From assembly GCA_965262915.1 (NCBI GenBank), contig OZ253564.1, positions 1,165,597 to 1,229,596 on the forward strand: 64,000 bases of DNA, read 5' to 3'. Under the pieces are notes generated by a model. That model saw only the letters and a list, made by a program, of their open reading frames with translations, was not told the origin of the DNA and made no database searches. The DNA comes from Candidatus Spongiisociaceae bacterium (GTDB lineage: Bacteria; Actinomycetota; Acidimicrobiia; Spongiisociales; Spongiisociaceae). How positions within the stretch are numbered: position 1 is the first letter of the stretch; every line of letters starts with the position of its first letter. The position numbers and the translations under genes are program-made. This document shows positions 56,613 through 64,000 of the stretch, in pieces.

Positions 56613-57206
56613 ATGAGGGCTGGCAACAGTGTCAGTCTCGCCGTCACCGTCGCCGTCGCCCTGACCATCGTTGCTGTCTCGTGCGGACGTGGCAGCGAGG
56701 ACATAAGTAACCCTGACCTGTCGCCAGCGACCCCGGACCTGTCGCCAGCGACAACAAGTGAGACCCAGAGCAATCCGGACCCGTCCTCAGCGACAAGAGC
56801 GGACCTGTCCCCAGCGACAAGAATTGAGCTCCAGGCCCGCGCTTTGTCTGCTGCCTGTTTTTCGGTGTCCTGTGACACGAAGCCCGTGTACGCGTACCTA
56901 CATGCTGGCCCCGACGTGAGGGCCGCGCTGGAGGATGCGTTTGGAACGGATGTCGAGTTTCTCTCATACCAAGAACTCCGGGATGCGACTAGGTCTAATA
57001 GCACCTATGCCTACGGGGCAACTCTCTTTGACGTGATGCGGCGGACTTATCTCCCAGCGGACGGTGTAGCAGCTGTCGATATCTGGATAGGAGAGGGTTT
57101 CGGTATCGGGAGAGGAACCACGTTCCTGTTCAGGTGGAGCGGTGCAGGGTGGGAGCCGGTAACGCCTGCCGAAGCTGGCGTTACCGTGACGAGCGCCGTG
57201 ACGTAG
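56613..57206 (+). CDS. Lipoprotein with PDLSPAT-type repeats
   Basis: Signal peptide plus lipobox (LTIVAVSCG). 21-bp DNA repeats at 56711-56752 and a diverged copy near 56800. Confidence 0.55.
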   Translation: MRAGNSVSLAVTVAVALTIVAVSCGRGSEDISNPDLSPATPDLSPATTSETQSNPDPSSATRADLSPATRIELQARALSAACFSVSCDTKPVYAYLHAGPDVRAALEDAFGTDVEFLSYQELRDATRSNSTYAYGATLFDVMRRTYLPADGVAAVDIWIGEGFGIGRGTTFLFRWSGAGWEPVTPAEAGVTVTSAVT

Positions 57207-57470
57207 CATCCGCCCCTCACCTCAGTACCCCAGCACGTGGAGAGGGAAGGCCTAGTCCGGGGCAGGCCTAAGCCGAAGCCGTGGCGGGCCGGAACTCGGG
57301 GGGACTCCGCCACGCTTCATACGCGGCTTTCGTCGGCACCGATCTCCTTGCAGGTAGGGCACGAGGCTCCGGCGGAAGAAGTCGTCGTCGAGGACGGCGG
57401 GAGCGAAAGATCCGGTTCGTGGCCACCGCCCGGCCGAACGTGCTACCCAGGGGGTGGGACACCACCGGTT

Positions 57471-57512
57471 GCAGCGGACCACCCTTCTGGGGTCCGCTGC
57501 GGGGCTTTTTTT
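57471..57512 (+). terminator. Stem-loop followed by a T-run (intrinsic-terminator-like)
   Basis: GCAGCGGACC-ACCCTTCTGG-GGTCCGCTGC, then GGGGC TTTTTTT. Lies 20 nt before the dehalogenase start. Confidence 0.45.
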
Positions 57513-57532
57513 CGTCCCGTTACACTGACGGT

Positions 57533-58429
57533 ATGAGCCATGCCGAATCGCTGGGGCGGCCGGAATGGGTCTCCGGCGAGATGTTCCCGTTCGAGAGCCG
57601 GTTCTTCACCACAGCGCAGGCACATCAGATGCACTACGTCGACGAGGGCGACGGCGAGCCCGTTGTCTTCGTCCACGGCAATCCGGCCTGGTCCTTCGAG
57701 TTCCGCCATCTGATCACCGGGCTCCGGCCCCAGTATCGATGCATCGCCGCGGATCACATCGGTTTCGGGCTGTCGTCGCGTAGCAACCGTCCCGACGACC
57801 ACCACCCCCGGGCCCACGCGGCCGCGTTCGAGGCCCTGATGTTGGACTTAGACGTCGGGGACGCGACCCTCTTTCTGACCGACTGGGGCGGGCCGATCGG
57901 GTTGGACTTCGCGCGCAGGCACCCGGAACGGGTGAGGCGGCTCGTGATCGCTAACACATGGTGCTGGCCGGTCAACCGCGACTTCCACTTCTGGTTCTTC
58001 AGCTCTGTGATGTCGAGCTTTGTCGGCCAGTATTTGATCAAGAAGCGCAACTTCTTCGTGAATGGGGTGATGCTCAGGGCGGTGGGCGACAAGCAGATCC
58101 TCACTCCTGAGGTCATGAGCCACTATCGCAACGCCCAGCCCACCCCGGAGGCCCGAGCCGCCAATGCAGCGCTGCCCGGCTACATCGTCGGGGCCTCCGA
58201 GTGGCTCCAGTCGATCTGGGGCGACCGGGACACCTTCGTGGACAAGCCGTCGCTGATCCTTTGGGGCGCGAAGGACATCGCGTTCCGGACCAAGGAACTG
58301 GAACGCTGGAAGACCGAGCTCTCGCAATGCGAGGCCCATGTGTTCGCCGACTGCGGGCATTTCGTCGCGGAGGAAGCGCCGCACAGGGTGCTTCCACTGC
58401 TTCAGCAATGGATGTCAACATCCAGCTGA
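57533..58429 (+). CDS. Haloalkane dehalogenase-like alpha/beta hydrolase
   Basis: MHYVDEGDGEPVVFVHGNPAWSFEFRH and nucleophile LFLTDWGGPIG. Start at MSHAESL (ATG 57533), not the ORF-track start at 57281. Confidence 0.85.
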   Translation: MSHAESLGRPEWVSGEMFPFESRFFTTAQAHQMHYVDEGDGEPVVFVHGNPAWSFEFRHLITGLRPQYRCIAADHIGFGLSSRSNRPDDHHPRAHAAAFEALMLDLDVGDATLFLTDWGGPIGLDFARRHPERVRRLVIANTWCWPVNRDFHFWFFSSVMSSFVGQYLIKKRNFFVNGVMLRAVGDKQILTPEVMSHYRNAQPTPEARAANAALPGYIVGASEWLQSIWGDRDTFVDKPSLILWGAKDIAFRTKELERWKTELSQCEAHVFADCGHFVAEEAPHRVLPLLQQWMSTSS

Positions 58430-58943
58430 GGAACCAGATCGCACAGGAAGCGTTGACTCCCTGAACGGAAGGGCCCGGACTTAGAAGTCGGCTCCGGCCA
58501 AGCCGAGGCTGGATCCTGCCCGTCCATCCCGTCGCTGTTCCGGCTGTTCCTGGGTTTGTTCCTGGGCCTGCTTAGGCGTCTACCTCAAAGGGCCGTAGCG
58601 CCTTGAGGAAAAGAACCGGCGACGGACCACCCTTCCGCTGGGGGCTCGTGTCGGTGGTGTGGTCTCGACGACGGGCGACCTAATGGTGGTCATCCAATAT
58701 CGGCTCTTGCTCGTGTCGCTGTGGGTGCTGGTGGACAAAGACGCGCCGGCGGCGGATCGGGAGTGGTGGTCGATGGTGTCCCGCATCCGGCGAGCCCGCG
58801 GGTAGAGCGGCGTTGTGGGCCCGGGAGCCTCGGGCCGTTTCTCCCCACATAACGGCCCCTCCTACCTACTGGCGTGCTCCCGACCTCTGAAAGGACTCGG
58901 GGGGCTTGACCGGCCGCCGACAGCGGTTACCCGCCCGATGGTC

Positions 58944-59111
58944 TCACCAGCCTCGGCGGTTCCGTTTGGGTGGGTGTCGGAGGGGGGAGTGGAGGTGGCA
59001 GTGGTCGGTCGGGTTGTAGATGGACAGGCGCGCCGTGCAGCTGTCGGTGGCGCAGTAGCGGCCGGGGGGATATGTGGGTGGTGGGCGCCCTGGGGGGCGG
59101 ACTCTGCTCAT
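58944..59111 (-). CDS. Small Cys/His-rich (zinc-ribbon-like) ORF, below the ORF-track cutoff
   Basis: MSRVRPPGRPPPTYPPGRYCATDSCTARLSIYNPTDHCHLHSPLRHPPKRNRRGW. Divergent from the HTH-like ORF at 59226. Confidence 0.3.
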   Translation of the reverse strand: MSRVRPPGRPPPTYPPGRYCATDSCTARLSIYNPTDHCHLHSPLRHPPKRNRRGW

Positions 59112-59225
59112 AGGGGGTTCACGGTACTCGTTTTGTTTAGCTGTGACCGAGGGCTATCGGTTCGACGTTGCATAGCTGGTTGAAGCTGTCCCGGTGTACA
59201 CCGGCGCTGACCTGGGGTTTTGTAG

Positions 59226-59440
59226 GTTGAATCTTGCCGATCCGCCCTCGTTGGGGAATCGCTAGCGTCGTTCCGGGAAATCGAGGCGGGCTGCGTCCAT
59301 CTGTGCGGCTGCCGTCGGGCTAGTTCGGTGTTGGACTCGACGAGGCGGGCCGCGTTCGAGCTGGGCGGCTGGACCGTCCGGGGCCTCGCCAAGGCGATTA
59401 ACGTGTCACCGGCCCTGATTCAGAAACGGGCCGGACGATG
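59226..59440 (+). CDS. Small conserved Cys-rich/HTH ORF, second paralog
   Basis: ...SFREIEAGCVHLCGCRRASSVLDSTRRAAFELGGWTVRGLAKAINVSPALIQKRAGR. A 27-nt block is identical to the copy at 55294..55539, and substitutions elsewhere are mainly synonymous. Confidence 0.35.
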
Positions 59441-60415
59441 AAGGCCTGGTGGTTTCGCCTGGTCCCGCCCGGTGTCCTGGATCGGTGATAATACGGGCCG
59501 TCTCCGGCAGGGCACCAGGTGCGGCCGATGCCCGGAAACGCGGGAGTTCGTCTACTAGCCCGGTCTCCGCTGACCATCGTTGCCGGGAACAGGACGATGA
59601 CGACCCCACCCCAGCCCTACCCCAACCCCCTCTCATGATCGGATGGTCGGGTACCCAATTCGGGAGGGAGGGGTGAACCCGTGCAAACTGGGGTGGGCAG
59701 GCTGTCTAGGTCGTATTCGGACCCTCCCGGGCCTTAGATCGGCTTGTAGACCTTTGGGTCGTGTTGGTTAGCGTTCCGAACACGGTTTCTGGGGTGTTAC
59801 CGCCCGAAACCCCCTCGAGGAGTTTCGCCGCCACGGCGTGCTGAGGGAACCGGTTACCGGGCTGTTCGCCGGGTGGCGACGGATCACCTTTCCGCTGGAG
59901 GGACTCAGGGGGAGTTAGGGCTGGTCGGGGTGTTTCAGGACAGCCAGCGCCGCAGCTCCCCGTCCAGGTTCTCGCCGGCGTGGGGGATGACCCCGGATGC
60001 GGTGTGTAGCTGTCCGTCGGCGTCTACGGTGACGGCCGGGGTCGGGCCGCCGTCTAGGACTTCGATGTGTCCGTTTTGGTTGATGTGGGACAGCACGCTT
60101 ACAGCCACGTTCGTCCCTTTCGGGTGCCGGTGTGTTTGAGGGTACCGGGACGGTGTGACAGACGGCCGCCGGAGACGTTCAGCACGGCGGGTTCTTGGTC
60201 ATCGGACTGGTTCGGAGGGTTGATGGTCTTCGCCGAGGCTGGGGTTGTTGGTTCTACTGGCTTGGGTGCCGTTTCTGTGGCGGGCTGTTGAACAGTTTAT
60301 GGCCGCCGAGCTACTGTCCCGGAACGCTCGACGCGGCCTGGCTGTTCGGTGTCGGTGGCAACCGGCTGACACTTTCGTTGAATGTCGCGTAGGTGGGCAG
60401 GGCTCGGTGCGTATC

Positions 60416-61207
60416 ATGGTGATCATGAGGTTCCGTTACTTGGCCGGAGTGGCCATTGTCGGTGTTGTATTCGCCTTGGCGGGGTGCGGAGGTGGTTCCG
60501 ACGAACAGGCCGAGTCCGTTGAGCCGGTTGTGACTTCGGCGGCTGCAACGCCGATAGCGACAACCTCAGCCACGACATCCGTCGGCACCGCGGCACCAGC
60601 GTCGACTGTGGTGGAGGATACTCCCCCTGCGTCCACCACGACCGGCCTGGTTTCGACGACCGTGACGTCGGTGGTGGAGGAAGCGGTGACCACTACGGTT
60701 GCAGAGACGACCATGGTTGCAGAGACGACCATGGTTGCAGAGACGACCGTGGTTGCAGAGACGACCGTGGTTGCGGAGTCTGCTGTGGTCGTCCCCGAGG
60801 GTCCCCGTGTTCCGGCTGTCACTCTTGAGCTGGACGACGGCACCGTCTTCGTTTCGACCGAAGCTACCAGGCCTGTTCTCTACCTGTTCTGGGCTGAGTG
60901 GTGACCGGCATGTCGGCGGGAGTTGCCTGTCGTCGATTATTTGGCCGGTGAATATGCGGGCCGGGTGGATGTGGTCGCGGTCGCCTGGGCTTCGACGTAT
61001 GAGAAGACGGCCTCGGCTGCCCGTGGTTACCTCAGGTCGGGGGCTACCCGCTGGTTGCTGGACGAGGACGAGTCGGTGTTTGCTGCCTTCGAAGTGGGGT
61101 ACCAGCCGGTTGGGGTGTTTGTGGTGGACGGTGTGGAGGTGAACCGCTGGTTGGGGACTCTTCCCGAACAGGAACTGCGCGACGCCTTCGACAGCGCGAC
61201 CGCTTGA
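60416..61207 (+). CDS. TlpA/ResA-like thioredoxin-fold lipoprotein with an in-frame TGA at the first Cys of the CxxC motif (candidate selenoprotein, otherwise pseudogene)
   Basis: Signal plus lipobox (VFALAGCGG), Thr/Val-rich linker, then ...PVLYLFWAEW[TGA 60902-04]PACRRELP... continuing in frame as ORF 60923..61207 (thioredoxin-fold remainder). Confidence 0.6.
60698..60787. repeat. 18-bp tandem repeat (4 near-identical units plus 1 diverged) encoding VAETT(M/V)
   Basis: GTTGCAGAGACGACC(A/G)TG repeated from 60698, inside the linker of the TlpA-like lipoprotein. Confidence 0.8.
60914..60932 (+). other. Hairpin 9 nt downstream of the in-frame TGA (candidate bacterial SECIS)
   Basis: CGGCGGG-AGTTG-CCTGTCG, a 7-bp stem (two G-U pairs in RNA) with a 5-nt loop containing GU. 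Confidence 0.3.
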
Positions 61208-61806
61208 CATCGGCGGCGTATCCCCATCCCATGGCATTCTCGATCATGGGTCGGTTGTTCTCTCTGGGAGACGTGATTGTCAGCCGCTCTCCGTTGTCGA
61301 GGCTGATGACCGCGACGACCAGGGGAGTCAGGCCGCCGAACGGGTAGGAAACGGTTACCGGCACACAAACGAGTGTCCTGCGACGGTGAGGATCCCAGGC
61401 TTCGTGCGATCCGGACCAGGCTGGGCCGTTTGCCATCTGAGGGCAAGCTATCCGCGGCAGCCTGTATGAGCACCCAACATCCAGACCACATCGACATCCG
61501 CCAGCGCGTTCGCTAGGTGGTGGGACCACTACCGGACTGCCGAGCGGACCAGACTGGGGCGGAGCCCGGTACATCGGCGGCCGTGGCCGCTCTGGAGCTA
61601 GGGCGGCCCAGCTCGGTACTCCTCCTCGAGGAACCGTGCAAACCGGAGCGGGGCAACTCCAATGCGGAACAGCACGCTCGCGGTCATGTTTCTCCCCTTC
61701 GGGTGCCGGTAGCGTACGTTGAGGGAGGCGGAACACAGCGAGGGGCGTCGATGGCTGCCAGGACACGGCGAATCGTTTTTCAGACAGACCACTAGCCTGG
61801 CGTGAC

Positions 61807-62820
61807 GTGAACTCGCGATCGCACATCGGATTGTCCCGGGCGCTGGCCTCATCGACTTCCTCTTGGGCAAGGATGGTCAGGAGGGCCGAGGCAGCCGGTT
61901 TGGGTCAGGTGAACAGCGCCGATACGGCCGGCGCGGACTGCTTCGTGGATGGCGGTGTCGCCGTTTCCGTTTCCTCGTCGATCCGCCTCGGCGTATCGGT
62001 GGCCTTGCCCACCCGGTCTCCGCTTCAGACGGCGATCGCAGCTGCGTCGCTGGCGGACATCGCCCCTGCCCGGGTCACTCTCGGGCTTGGTATCGGTAGC
62101 CGGGATACCAACGAGAACCGGCACGGGTTCGATTACGACCCGCCACTGGCGCGGATGCGGGATTTCCTTCGCGTGATCAGCGCGCTCCTGCGCGGCCCTA
62201 AGGGAGAGCAGGTTTCGTATGAAGGACCCCTTTACCGGGCCGTCGGAGCCGACATGGGTCTGGATTCCGAGGCACTGCCGGTGGTGCTGGGTGCCCACGG
62301 CCCTCGGATGACCAGGTTGGCGGCCGAGGAGACCGACGGCCTCATAGCCCACATATTCACCCCGCTCGAGATCCTCCGGTCGAGGTTGGATTTGGTGAGC
62401 CGGGTCCGTTCCGGTCCCTTCCGGGTGGCGGCCGGACGGCCGGTTGCCGTACACGAGGACCTGAGCGAGGCCATGGAGTTGGCCCGAGCGGAGCTAGCCG
62501 CTGTTCTGTCGATACCCCGCTTCCAGCCTCGCCTGGTGGAGCTACGCGGTCCGGAGGACGCCTCCGCGGTTCTCGAACCCCTAAGAGTCGCCGATCCGAG
62601 CGCGGCGCTGGGCAGGATCGACGACGATTTGGTGAACGAGTTCGTCACAGTGGCCGAGCCGGATCGGGTGGTCGAGGAACTGGGTGATCTCCCGGGGGTC
62701 GACACGGTCGTCCCCGTTCCGGTAGGCATCTTCGCTCCGATTGTGGCGTCGAGGTTGGGTTTGGACTTGGGGAGATTCGAAGAGTCGCGGAAGGCCCTGA
62801 TATCGGCATTGCTGGAGTGA
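61807..62820 (+). CDS. LLM-class (luciferase-like, F420/flavin-dependent) oxidoreductase, intact paralog
   Basis: ...VALPTRSPLQTAIAAASLADIAPARVTLGLGIGSRDTNE... 337 aa. Family C repeat arm 22 nt upstream of the GTG start. Confidence 0.8.
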   Translation: MNSRSHIGLSRALASSTSSWARMVRRAEAAGLGQVNSADTAGADCFVDGGVAVSVSSSIRLGVSVALPTRSPLQTAIAAASLADIAPARVTLGLGIGSRDTNENRHGFDYDPPLARMRDFLRVISALLRGPKGEQVSYEGPLYRAVGADMGLDSEALPVVLGAHGPRMTRLAAEETDGLIAHIFTPLEILRSRLDLVSRVRSGPFRVAAGRPVAVHEDLSEAMELARAELAAVLSIPRFQPRLVELRGPEDASAVLEPLRVADPSAALGRIDDDLVNEFVTVAEPDRVVEELGDLPGVDTVVPVPVGIFAPIVASRLGLDLGRFEESRKALISALLE

Positions 62821-62830
62821 AGGAGAGACC

Positions 62831-62937
62831 GTGGTAGGCGCGATGGAGTACGTCACGCTGGGTGTCTCGGATATGGATGAGTCGGTTCGCCTGTTTCGTG
62901 ACGTTATGGAGTTCGATGTGGAAACGGAGTACACGCC
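62831..62937 (+). pseudogene. VOC family gene, first ~35 codons only, truncated by the IS3 insertion
   Basis: AGGAGAG RBS, (V)VGAMEYVTLGVSDMDESVRLFRDVMEFDVETEYTP, then the IS3 left end. Confidence 0.5.
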
Positions 62938-62989
62938 CTGAATCGCCCCGGGTTTCCCGGAGACTCGATTAGTTGGGAGATAATGGGGT

Positions 62990-64000
<1,011 letters not shown>

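Noticed and set aside
55200-60400. Prophage or ICE call for the low-density 55-60 kb segment
   Set aside because: No integrase, capsid, tail, relaxase or conjugation genes are recognisable. Only small HTH and zinc-ribbon-like ORFs and repeats are present. At most it is a heavily eroded remnant, so no mobile_element feature was called.

Overview
High-GC, Actinomycetota-like chromosomal segment; all calls come from reading the sequence and ORF translations by eye, with no searches run. The window has three parts. (1) A minus-strand soluble di-iron monooxygenase operon at 1-5.5 kb: alpha, TmoB-like, effector, beta, Rieske ferredoxin and a reductase start, preceded by two SnoaL/NTF2-like genes and a DJ-1/PfpI gene. 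(2) A long stretch of catabolic paralogs: VOC/glyoxalase, LLM/F420-type oxidoreductases, MBL hydrolases, cupins, alpha/beta hydrolases, MmgE/PrpD, amidohydrolases and FAD dehydrogenases. An unusually large fraction of these are truncated, frameshifted, nonsense-interrupted or fused as fragments. (3) Accessory and defence content: MNT/HEPN, HigBA and VapBC toxin-antitoxin pairs, a type II R-M pair, a three-gene TerB/ATPase/Lhr-like helicase cassette (Shango-like), a multiply frameshifted large DNA methyltransferase next to a HEPN gene, an IS630 element, a partial IS3 element, and about nine small TA-flanked inverted-repeat (MITE-like) elements in three related families. The signals most worth a second look are these. 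(a) The heptanucleotide GGCACCT occurs as 22 tandem copies inside the 5' end of an isochorismatase gene in a tightly coupled operon, and as 8 copies at the 5' junction of a truncated gene. (b) Two in-frame TGA codons fall exactly on redox-active Cys positions, in an AhpD/CMD-like protein and a TlpA/thioredoxin-like lipoprotein, each followed by a hairpin; these are candidate selenoproteins. (c) The Shango-like cassette. (d) The MITE families, one of which sits immediately upstream of several start codons. No tRNA, rRNA or CRISPR array was recognised.
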